Below are positions 1-12,800 of a stretch of 64,000 bases of DNA, piece by piece. The position numbers and the translations under genes are program-made. Source of the stretch: Nemertoderma westbladi. Lineage: Eukaryota > Animalia > Xenacoelomorpha. Each line of letters opens with the position of its first letter. Positions within the stretch are counted from its first letter, which is position 1. The notes under the pieces were generated by a model, which saw only the letters and a list, made by a program, of their open reading frames with translations, had not been told where the DNA came from and searched no databases. The stretch spans positions 1 through 64,000 of the forward strand of contig JAUCBJ010008029.1 of NCBI GenBank assembly GCA_032718475.1, written 5' to 3'.

Positions 1-693
1 ATTGCAGTATTGACTGATTGCAGAATTCTCGATTCAGGAATTGAGTACAGCCTGACAGTACCGGTACAAATGGTACATGCAGATTGGCAGACAGCCCCTA
101 TGTTTTGCAAAATTTGTCAGAAAACCAGCTGATTTATCCTACAGTAATAATAATTTAACGCATGTTAATTTTGGATAAATAAATATATTATAACTACAAT
201 AACAGTTACACTGATGCTGTACGAAGGCCCCAGGCAAATTCTACTTGGAAAATTTTCAAACTTTTTCCAAACAACATGTGTACCAAGTTTGGATAGATTT
301 CATCAAGGATTGGCCGAGTTATTAACGTTTAAAATAAAGCAGTAAAGTACTGAAAAAAAACGCGACAGAACGACAGGTTGATTAATGGTACCACTACGCT
401 AAGGCTCTCTCACTTCGTGGCTCGCCCCACAGTTCAGCATTTAGTAGGACCAGGACAGTACCGTAGGTAGGAGGCCTATCTGCTATCCAGCTATCTGCCC
501 TGCCTATCAACAACGCGCCGGCCTTCAAGGCCTACAGCAGTACTGGCTCCTGCATAAACAGAGACAGACTGACAGAGAGTGGAGAGATCAGACAGGCTGA
601 CAGGGATAGCTGTCTGCTGGTCTGTCTGTAGCTGGATCTGGGATCCTGACAGATCAGTCAGACAGTAGAATCAAGATCAAAAAGAACTGAAGG

Positions 694-823
694 ATGTCTT
701 CGCAAAGTGAAAAGTTGCTTGTAGATTTCCTGGAGTCAAATGAACCTCAGTTGGTTAGAGAAATTAAGCGAATGCTTATAGAGAATATTCATTCTGGTTG
801 TACATCAACTGGCAGAGAACCAG
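694..823 (+). CDS. TSC1: TSC1 coding exon 1
   Basis: ATG at 694, MSSQSEKLLVDFLESNEPQLVREIKRMLIENIHS..., donor CAG|gttagt, phase 1. Confidence 0.8.
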
Positions 824-3800
824 GTTAGTCCAGTAGGCCTACCGCTTTCGGCTGATCGGTAGTCAGTCTGTCAGTTCAGACAGCAGTTACCGGTACGGTA
901 CTCAGGTACTGTGGTAGTCCGGTATTTCAGTAGTTAGCGCTGTGCTGCCTACCGGCTACCGGACATGCGGACAGCCGGATGCTGGGATATTCGAATGTCC
1001 AGCAGTCCAGTCCATCTCCATGCAGCCATGTCTTGTCCTGTTGTCTCAGTCCAGCAGTCTCAAGCTGTCAAGGCAGCAAGCGCAAGGGTAGGCCTAGCTG
1101 CCTAGCGGCTTGCAGAGTATCAGAGCTTAGACAGTTAGAGTCTCGGCCACGTGTAACGACAGTCCATCCTCAGGAAATATTGTGTTGTAAAGTCTGTAAG
1201 TGTAACGTACCCAGTGTCAGAGTGTACAATGCTGAGATAACTCCCTCTTTGAAATGACTCCCTCCCCCCCCCCCCCCCCCCCCCCCAGTCATCTCCCAGT
1301 CTCATCTCAGCCTAGGCTGAGAACACTCCCCTTACCTTAGGCTGAGATGACTCCCCTTGCCCTTAGGCTGAGTCTGAGATGACTCCCCTAAGTCTGTAAG
1401 TGTTATTTTCGTATAGGCCTATTACAAAAATAAAACTGTAACCTATGTTTATTGAGTTATCGTTTATTGTTTTGGTTAGAAAAGCCCACCACTGTAACCT
1501 GCTCCTTTCCGTTAATTAAGAAATATAGAGAGAAAACTGTGGAGTGTTCTCAGCCTAGGCTGAGAAGACTGAGGAGTCAAATTTGGCGGGAGTTATCTCA
1601 GCCTGTTACACCGGTCTGCCTGTGGGTGCTTGACTTGGTCGATTCGATTATTAATTATTTTATTCTGACTAGGCCTATTAATGAAATACCCGTTTATTTT
1701 AACAGTTGTTGACCCACAATGTTACATATGCGTAATGTCTCCACTTGTCTTTGTATCCAGTCCACATATTATATGAAAATTGTATTTTTATAGGGACAAT
1801 TATCTCCATGATTCTGGAACGATATATTGCTACAAAGTCTCTTAGATTCCTCGACTTGTTGTCTGCGATTAAGTCGCCAATACATTTACAGGTGTTTGAA
1901 AAGCTGACTGAATGTATGAAGGTTAGTGAGTCTCCTTATGCAGGTTGATACCGGTACCTTACAGCAGTACAGCTCTGTAGGATGTATTTACATTAATACG
2001 AATACTTTTCGCTGCGTAGTAGATTATATTTAATGTTAGTTCCAAACCTTTTCTAATTAACTCTATTTATAAATATAGATAGATAATTAAATATATCGTA
2101 AAATTGGTGAAATTTTTCAGAATTTCGACAAAAGTTTCGCTTATGTTTCGTATAATTGTTTTGGTTTCGTTCATCTCAACCTAAGTTACAGTTCGATCGC
2201 TTATTTAACGTTTTATATTCCATTGAATTCTTCTAGACTTCTATCCCGGACAAACAGCTGCAGTTGGAGAGGAAACGGATGGCTCTACAAGTTCTGGGCC
2301 AATTAGTTTACAAACAACCGCCCTGGATCTCCGACATCATAAAGAATCCATGTTTCCTCGCTCTTATAAAGCAGTTAAAGGAAGGTTGGTAAATCGCGAA
2401 TTCATATTGTTTGTTTTCCTCTGATAATTTAGTTTTAAAATATTTAAATAACAATAAAAATAAAATTGGAAATAACAATATGAAAATGTAAATTTTTAAC
2501 AATTAGAAATGTAAACATTTAATAAAGTTGATGTCCCCGCGTTATAATTCTATACTAATTAGGTAAATCTACTCGGTAAGTTTTCTAGAACGATAGTCTC
2601 CAGTTCCATCTGTTTCTTTTGTAGTCGACGATTGTGTGTTTATGGTTTGCGGCGTACTGGTTCTCGCCTCCTTGTTACCTATCGTCCCCGCCCTCAAGCC
2701 CTCCCAACTCGTCGATATATACGAGGTATTCGCAAGGCTAGTCCGCTGGGACTCCCATCCGAAACACCGCCCTTCTACCGTATCCGACGTCCTACTGCTG
2801 CACGTACAGGCGAGTTGCTTAGGGGATTTAGAGTTGAAACAGAGACCTATTTTTCTTAATCCCGGTGAACCGGAGCCCTACCCAGGGAATTATTTGGAAA
2901 AATACCGGAGACCAGAGCCGGAGATCAGAGACTTGGCTTATTTTTCTACTTACAATCTGATTACTCCCCTATAGCACAAACAGGTACCGGCCTTAGAACT
3001 ATTTTTCTATGGTTCAATTACAGTAAAGTAAATCCAACCCATTTCAACCCTTACTTACTTACCCATTGGAAGGAAATAAGCGCACGTACAGTTTGGGGGG
3101 CTTAATTAATATTAATTTGGTTATTTGTTTATTAATCCGTTTTTATTTGTTATTGTTAATAATATGTTACATTAATTTTGTTTTGCGCCATAGGTACCGG
3201 TACTTTGTTAATTAAAGGCACTTATTTTACAATTGTTCAAATCATATATTTTAATATATATACTATAAACTTAGTCATTTACGAATACTTAGTGCACATG
3301 TATAGTTCTCTACTCGCCCCATTTACTAGCCTCTTTACGCTCGTGCTCTTCATTTGGTCATCATATTATCTATCCTATAACAAGTTGAATGGAGATCAGC
3401 CCTTTCTTTCACTTTTAAACATTATGGGTGCTCAAATTAAGCGCCCTTATCCTTAAATAAGAACGACCTTTAGGTGCTAATTTAACTTAAAATTAAACGC
3501 ACCTTAAATTAATTAAATAGAAGATTATCGGTACATTTATTATAAATAGAAATAGTGTAAAAGTGAATATGTAATTGTGTGGGGCGAGACACGTATGGCG
3601 AGCCATCAGCGAACTGATATAATTATACTATGGCCGTTTTTCAAAAGCCTGTGTGTGTGTGTGTCAGTGTGTGTGTCGGAAGCCATAAATGTCGGAAGCC
3701 ATAATCGAAGTTAATATCTTCAGCTAAATTGTATGGTTGAGTCATTTTGAACGGTCTCTCCATGGGAATTAATGTTTAGCACCATACGATTAAAGTTATT

Positions 3801-6800
3801 TTGCACAGAAATTAGATATCTGGAATCCATGTACCCCATTCCATTATAGTTTTTTATTTTTTCAAGTGATTTGCGTTAATAAATGTATTTTTAATTGATT
3901 TAAACATAATTAACATTGTAAATTCATACGCTGATTCCATTCTCCCCCCCCATAGAGCCTAAGGAATGGCAAGGGCAGCCGTGCCCAATAATATTTCTTG
4001 AAGTTTTACAGTTGGCAAGCTAAAGTCATTGGCCAAGCCAGTGCCTAGGCTAGTACACAAGGACATAGTAGTCCAGTAGAAGGAATAGTGCTCCTTCAAT
4101 ACATCTCAACAGACATGCGTGCTCCATAACATAACATATATTCTTGATTTCCATCATCTCTCACCACAATAATTATTAGTAATTGTAAATGTAGTAAATG
4201 TAGTAATTAATATCATATTCGGTTTGTCTTTCCGTTATCTGGTTATTCAGTTATTGCATTATTAATAAATAAATGTTTTAAAATATATCTTACGAAATAT
4301 GGTTAATAATTAAAACTTGTCGCTAACATTCTCGCTATGGGGGTTTTAAGGAGTGCTGATTACATTTCTGATGTCAGTTTTCACGTTTACATAAATCTAG
4401 TCTGTCTGTCTGTCGGTCATTCTGTCAGTCAGTCTGTCAAAACATAAAAGAGAATTCAAATTAACATTCTCGCTATGGGGGTTTTAAGGGGTGCTGATTT
4501 CATTTCTGATGTCAGTTTTCAGGTTTACATAAATCTAGTCTGTCTGTTTGTCAGTCTGTCTGTTTGTCGGTCTCTCTGTCAGTCAGTCAGTCTGTCAAAA
4601 CTTAAAAAAGAATACTAACTAACATTCTCGTTAGGGGGGTTTTAATGGGTGCTAATTTTATTCCAGATGTCAGTTTTCACGTTTAAAAAAATCTAGTCTG
4701 TCTGGCTGTCGGTCTTTCTGTCAGTCAGTCTGTTAAAACTTAAGAAAGTATACTAACTAACCAACATTCTTGCTATGGGGGTTTTAAGAGTTGCTGATTT
4801 CATTTCTGATGTCAGTTTACACGTTTACATAAATCTAGTCTGTCTGTCTGTCGGTCTCTCTGTCAGTCTGAACTACTGTACTGTGGTTGGCATTACGCCA
4901 TATACCTAACACTAATAATACAGTCTACAATACAGCCTATCTACAGTACAGAATGGATTTTTTGCCACGAAGAGCAATAAATGTCATTAAAACCCATTAA
5001 GTCCTAAGGTCTACATTTGTAGACCCATGCAATATGGTGCTCTCAATTAAAAGCTGTACCAATTTATTTAGTATTTTCACTATAAATCAGACTTAGAGGC
5101 ATGGGAGTACTATTTAAAGTAAATTTTAGCCCTCATGTTCGCAATACTAACATCTGACAAAAGCTCAATTTTAGTGAATTTATGCAAAAAGAGTACGAGT
5201 CAATTCAACTCTAATTTTAGGACGAAAGTTGCTTCATGTGACTTGGAGATGCAAATATTATCATCCCTGATAATTTCTGAACATATAAATGAATTATGAA
5301 GCTTCCAACAACATGTAATTAGAATTCGTGATGTCCTGAATGAGCAAGTCTACAAATGTAGACCTTAGGACTTAAGGGGTACAAATATCACTGAAATTAC
5401 TGTAGTACAGTATATACTGTAATTTCAGAAGACATTTCATACAGGAATATGGATACAGGATACAGGGGCTCATAATTTCACCTGACATAGAGTAGGTACT
5501 GTACAGTCGGGCACTTTGTCAATATTGACATGTTGCCAATATTGACATGTTCCATGTCAAAATTGACATGATGTCAATATTTTGCCAATATTGACATGTT
5601 CCATGTCAAAATTGACATGATGTCAATATTGACATGTTTTGATCATAAATTTTTTAAATATTGTGATTTGAAAAGTAGAAAATGTTTTTTTGTAAAGAGA
5701 ATATCTATTTTAATTAAAATATTGTTGAATCCAACCAATGTATATTGTTGTTTGTAATAATTTTCATGATATGTTTTATTGCATGTCAATATTGACATCT
5801 AATGTCAATATTGACATGAACGCTGGGTTCTTATGTTCATTTCAAACCCACCAAATCTATTTAGAGGCCTTCAAGCAGTCAAGTAGCATCACAAATACTG
5901 AAACGAACTGTCAAAACGCTTTAGTTAGAGACATTCTTGCTGCATTTTAAATACTGAAAAGAGCTTTTGAAACTATTCAGGCCTTCGCGCAGCATGTTAA
6001 ATACTTGAAAAGAGCCACTAAAACTGTTCAGAGTCCTTTGTGCAGCATGATAAATGCTGAAAAGTGCTGTTGAAATTGTTCAGAGGGTATCATGTATCAT
6101 GAGAAAAACTGAAAAGAACTGATAAAACTGCCCAGGGGCCTTCGCACAGTTTGAAAAATACATAAAAGATCTCTCAAAGCTGCTCAGAGACCTTTGTGCA
6201 GCATGATAAACGCTGAAAAAAGATTTTGAAATGAAACTATTCAGAGCTTTGTGCAGCATGATAAATGCTGAAAAGAGCTGTTGAAACTGTTCAGAGGTCT
6301 TCGAGCAGCTTGAGAAAGACTGAAAATAAGTTTTGAAACTTTCAGGCCTTCGCACAGAAGGTGAAATACTGAAAAGAGTTGATAAAACTGTTCACAGAGT
6401 TATTCATGCAGCATGATAAATGCTGAAAATAAACAGTTGAAATTGTTCAGATGGCTTTGTGCAACATGAGAAAAGCTGAAAATTGCTGTTGAAAGTTATA
6501 AAACTGTTCAAAGTCCTTCATGCAGTATAAATGCTAAAAAATAACATTTGAAGTTGTTCAGAGGGCTTTGTGCAATATGAGAATGCTGAAAATAGCTGTT
6601 GAAACTGTTCAGATGCCTTCGTGCAGCATGATAAATGCTGAAAAGGGCTGTTGAAACTGCTAAAAGGCCTTCATGCAGCATGATGCATGTGTCTGCACCA
6701 CTGTCTGCACCAGTGTCTGCACCACTGTCTGCACCAGTGTCTGCACCACTGTCTGCACCAGGTGTCTGCACCACTGTCTGCACCAGTGTCCGCACCACTG

Positions 6801-9800
6801 TCTGCACCAGTGTCTCCACCACTGTCTGCACCACTGTCTACACCAATGTCTGCACCCGTGTCTGCACCACTGTCTGCACCAGTGTCTGCACCAGGTGTCT
6901 GCATCACTGTCTGAATCACTGTCTGCACCACTGTCTGCACCACTGTCTGCACCAGGTGTCTGCACCACTGTCTCCACCAGTGTCCGCACCACTGTCTGCA
7001 CCAGTGTCTGCACCACTGTCTGCACCAGTGTCTGCACCAGTGTCTGCACCACTGTCTGCACCAAAGTCTGCACCAGTGTTTGCACCACTGTCTGCACCAG
7101 GTGTCTGCACCATTGTCTGCACCAGTGTCTGCACCAGTGTCTGCACCACTGTCTGCACCAGTGTCTGCACCACTGTCTGCACCACTGTCTGCACCAGGTG
7201 TCTGCACCACTGTCTGCACCAGTGTCTGCACCACTGTCTGCACATATTTTTGCACAAAATAAGTGTATTTTTGTACCCTTGAAGTCCTAACGTCTACATT
7301 TGTAGACCCTATGTAAAATCTATCTTCCCATATATGTACGTTAACCAAAGTTTGGAATTATCTTAATAGGTCCACTTTATGCTCACAATAAAAATTTGAA
7401 GAAATTTCATTGAAGCATTCATGGTCCGGGACTTGCTGGGTTTTAATACTATCCACCAGTATACCTACTCCAAGAGCCTTCCAATAAAACATGTATTCCA
7501 GCATGACGTCCACTGCACGTCTTCGTGCTGTCCATGGTGACGTGCAGTGGACGTCATAGGCTCTAAGGGGTTAAGCAACACGGTCCCTACTTCGCCCTGT
7601 CGACACCCCAGCCATTTTTCACCAATCCTTTTTTAGAGTTTTTTTAATTTTTTTGGTATTGGTGAAAGTTCTACAACATTAGTAGATATGTTTTTTATGA
7701 TAGCTAGTGTTTTTTTGCTAGCTAGTATTTTTTGAAATTATAAAAAATGTGAAAGTCCATGATATTTCAGGTTAAACTGTTGAAGAATATATTAATGACC
7801 AAAAAATAATTTCCAAAAATTACTAGCTAGTAAAAAATACTAGCTATATACCATAAAAAATCTACTAAGGTTCTAGAACATTCACTAATATAAAAAAGCA
7901 CTCAAAATCACAAAAAAATACTGGTTAAAAAACTCATTCGGGACCCTTTTGCTTAAGGAGTCAAAATTGTAGAACAAATTCCCGAAATTCGCGACGTTTG
8001 CGAAATTCGCGAAGAATCCGTCAGTTCCTGTGCCCTAATGGTTTCGTGACGAAACAATCAAATATTACACACTTAACACACACGAACTAATTTAATGTGT
8101 GTATTAGTATGCCTGAATCATTAAATAGAAATTAAATTAATGAACGCTATTTCAACATGAAATCTACGGAATCAATACACAACACACGCACACTACTGAA
8201 TTTAAAAATTTATATAGATTGCAACTTATATTTGGCTACCTTTTAGGCCTAATGGGTGACTAATTTAATTATTCACCCCTATATATTTGTAGCCTTTTTA
8301 ATTTGTGCCTTTATTTGAATCAAACATTAAACTAAAATATATGTCACAATATTGGTCTGTCGGTAGCTGGTCAATGAATCTCTCATAAATTTGTTAATTA
8401 GTCGCTGCTCAGTCATTGAACATTTGAACACGTGCTGCTCGAAGACCCCACAACGTGTTGAAGTGGTGTATGAAAAATAGTTAAAAATTAAAGAAATAAT
8501 TAATTGTAAAAAATTTGTGAAAAATTATCTTCATTTCACATTTTGTGTTGTAGAGGATCTATTTTTAAATATAATAAGATCTATTTTTAAATATCTATTT
8601 CTGTCAAATCACTGATCTCTGGGTAAAATGTCTTTTCAATACCCGGGAACCAGAGACCTATCCGGAGACCAAAAAACTGCCCGGAGAATCCAGAGAGCAG
8701 AGATCAGTGACAAGTCTCTGTTTCAACTCTAGGGGATATATACTTTAGGGTCGGTCGCAAGCGATGAAATAAACTTACTGTATTTACCAACATAAAAACG
8801 TGACGTACTATATCGAGTGATCCACGATATTTCCGTTTGGTTACATCAACTGTTCCGACCGGAAGTAACGTACTATTTCGAGTGAACCATGATGTTTCGG
8901 TTTGGTTTACATCAGCTCTTCCGGTCGGAAGTGATGTCATCTCTTCCGACCGGAAGTGACGTACTATATCGAGTAAACCACGATATTACCGTTTGGTTAC
9001 ATCAACTCTTCCGACCGGAAGTGGCTTACTATATCGAGTAAACTACGATATTTCCGTTTGGTTACATCAGCTCTTCCGACCGGAAGTGATGTCAGCTCTT
9101 CCGACCGGAAGTGACGTACTATAACGAGTGAACCACGATATTTCCGTTTGGTTACATCAACTCTTCCGACCGGAACTGACGTACTATATCGAGTGAACCA
9201 CGATGTTTCAGTTTGGTTACATCAGCTCTCTTCCGACCGGAAGTGACGTCAGCTCTTCCGACCGGAAGTGACGTACTATATCGAGTGAACCACGATGTTT
9301 CCGTTTGGTTACATCAACTCTTCCGACCGGAAGTGACGTACTATATCGAGTGATCCACGATATTTCCGTTTGGTTACATCAACTGTTCCGACCGGAAGTA
9401 ACGTACTATTTCGAGTGAACCATGATGTTTCGGTTTGGTTTACATCAGCTCTTCCGGTCGGAAGTGATGTCATCTCTTCCGACCGGAAGTGACGTACTAT
9501 ATCGAGTAAACCACGATATTACCGTTTGGTTACATCAACTCTTCCGACCGGAAATGGCTTACTATATCGAGTAAACTACGATATTTCCGTTTGGTTACAT
9601 CAGCTCTTCCGACCGGAAGTGATGTCAGCTCTTCCGACCGGAAGTGACGTACTATAACGAGTGAACCACGATATTTCCGTTTGGTTACATCAACTCTTCC
9701 GACCGGAACTGACGTACTATATCGAGTGAACCACGATGTTTCAGTTTGGTTACATCAGCTCTCTTCCGACCGGAAGTGACGTCAGCTCTTCCGACCGGAA

Positions 9801-12800
9801 GTGACGTACTATATCGAGTGAACCACGATATTTCCGTTTGGTTACTTCAGCTCTCTTCCGACCGGAAGTGACGTCAGCTCTTCCGACCGGAAGTGACGTC
9901 AGCTCTTCCGACCGGAAGTGACGTACTATATCGAGTGAACCACGATGTTTCCGTTTGGTTACATCAGCTCTCTTCCGACCGGAAGTGACGTCAGCTCTTC
10001 CGACCGGAAGTGACGTACTATAACGAGTGAACCACGATATTTCCGTTTGGTTACATCAACTCTTCCGACCGGAAGTGACATACTATATCGAATGAACCAC
10101 GATATTTCCGTTTGGTTACATCAACTCTTCCGACCGGAAGTGACGTACTATATCGAGTGAACCACGATGTTTCCGTTTGGTTACATCAACTCTTCCGACC
10201 GGAAGTGACGTACTATATCGAGTGAACCACGATGTTTCCGTTTGGTTACATCAACTCTTCCGACCGGAAGTGACGTACTATATCGAGTGAACCACGATGT
10301 TTCCGTTTGGTTACATCAACTCTTCCGACCGGAAGTGACGTACTATATCGAGTGAACCACGATGTTTCCGTTTGGTTACATCAACTCTTCCGACCGGAAG
10401 TGACGTACTATATCGAGTGAACCACGATGTTTCCATTTGGTTACATCAACTCTTCCGACCGGAAGTGACGTACTATATCGAGTGAACCGCGATGTTTCCG
10501 TTTGGTTACATCAACTCTTCCGACCGGAAGTGACGTACTATATCGAGTAAACCACGATGTTTCTGTTTGGTTACATCAACTCTTCCGATCGGAAGTGACG
10601 TACTATATCGAGTGAACCACGATGTTTCCATTTGGTTACATAAACTCTTCCGACCGGAAGTGACGTACTATATCGAGTGAACCACGATGTTTCCGTTTGG
10701 TTACATCAACTCTCTTCCGACCGGAAGTGACGTACTATATCGAGTGAACCACGATGTTTCCATTTGGTTACATAAACTCTTCCGACCGGAAGTGACGTAC
10801 TATATCGAGTGAACCACGATGTTTCCGTTTGGGTACATAAACTCTTCCGCTTGTACCTTTCAGATCTCGGCGTTCTGTTTATTTAGTCGTCTCTACGGCA
10901 TGTATCCATGCAACATGCTGGCGTTGCTACGTAGAGATTACACCCTGGCGGCCTCCTACGACCATTCTAGACGAACCGAGATGGCATACCAGTTCGCCAA
11001 GTCAATAAAACCCATGTTGGAGAGATGCCGGTTGCATCCAAAACTAATAGGTGGGTTAAAGGAGACAAGAGGCGCATAAAACTGTTCATTTTCAATGTAA
11101 TAGGACATCTTAGTATGGCATTTTTTTAATGATCACATTTTGATTTAGAAATACGTTGAAAATATAAAATAAGTACTTTTTATTATTAATTCGAGCTACG
11201 AAATAGTGAAGTGAAAGTTTCTTCAAATAGTGCGACTCTCAAATTGTTGACTTGAAATTTTACCTTTTCTATAGTTGTAATTTTCTGGAAATAGTATTGA
11301 AATTAATAATATTAGAATTAAAGGAGACAATATTAACAATACTGCAGCTGCATCATAATGTATACAATTATTATTAAAGGTAGGACTGCAAATGAGTAAA
11401 TAAGAGTGACAAATTTCTATAATAATAATATTTGCTTATCTGGTCCCACCTGGTCATCAATGCCGACATTGTTAAGCTGTACCGGTCCGGTCGGTACCCA
11501 AAGAAAATTCTAACAAACCAAATATCAAATAAATTGTATAATAGGAGTTCAAACTAACACAAACTAACCTTACAAATTGCATTGAATTCACATCTCCCGT
11601 ACGTCGTGGGTTCGATCCTCATGGGCCATAGGATAGTTTTCGTTTCGGCACGAATGCTTTAAAGGGACCAGCCAGGGCGCATCTCTACCTTGCATCCTTA
11701 AGTGGTAGCTAAATGAGTACTATAGTTTCTTCTGGGGAGTAAAGTTCTGGGGGGACCGCACTGTAAATAAGTTGTCTGCGTAATCCCTGGCCTAGCATCC
11801 GAAGAAAGTTTACTTTTTTTACATTTTACAATATAAAGTCAGTGCTTGTTTTAGAGGTCTCCTCAGAGGTCTTTAAAGGTCTTTCTGCTCTACACAAAAG
11901 AGCAATTCAAATATCCCTCCATTTACTTATACAGTACCGCTTTCAAATAACGTCGTATTGGTTCCTAATAGGATCCTATTAGGATCCAAGTCACTGATTC
12001 ACTACTATTGGAGTTAGGATTTAATTGGAAATGAAATTTAGCCCAAATTCCAGACTTGGAGGCACTTAGGATTTGACTTGGATTTCATTAGGAATTTACT
12101 TGGAAATCGGCGCTTACTTTGATGTCTGAAGGTGGACTGACTCAGACTATGCTTGTGCTGGTCTACTTCTTCTCTATCCTGTCAATCATTAAGTTGTATA
12201 GAATGGACTAGACTCAGCCTAAAGTTTGCGTAGTGTTCAGTTCATTACATTGAGGTATGGATATCGATGGAAAATTACACTCCTCCTACTGTACCTTGTA
12301 TTGCCAGCCTCTGACGTAAATAATAATTATTTGAAATATAAACTCTAATAGATGAAATCCACACACACATCCGCACATAGTTAACGTGTCCGTGGGCTGG
12401 TGGGCTCTGGAATAATTTAAAATCGTATTGAACTTACAAATAAATTTAGGATCACACACTGTATGGGGCCGTCCAAGTATGACGTCTGCACTTTTCCCCA
12501 AAATGTTGACCCCCTCCCTCCCCTAAATCAGATGTCATCAGATAGGCGTTGACCCCCCCCTCCCCCCCTAAATCAGATTTAAAAAAAAATTTTGTAATAA
12601 ACTATTATATTACCACAGTACCGCAGTACCCCAGTAGCACGCGTCCGAATCACTGAAACATGGTGACTGGTAACTGAAACAGTAGGTCGTGCTACGGGCC
12701 TTCGGGGGCTTCGAACAATTAAAATAGGCAAGCTATTTACTCTTCTGCTATATCTCTTCTAGCACCTATAAATGAACATGCTGACGTCAGATTTTGGCTG

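Noticed and set aside
6508-7348. Cys/His-rich and VQT/GAD repeat ORFs
   Set aside because: Artefacts of a stop-free 12/13-bp minisatellite inside a TSC1 intron.
8800-10849. CRISPR-like look of a palindromic repeat with intervening sequence
   Set aside because: The intervening segments are near-identical rather than unique spacers, the context is eukaryotic, and there are no cas genes.
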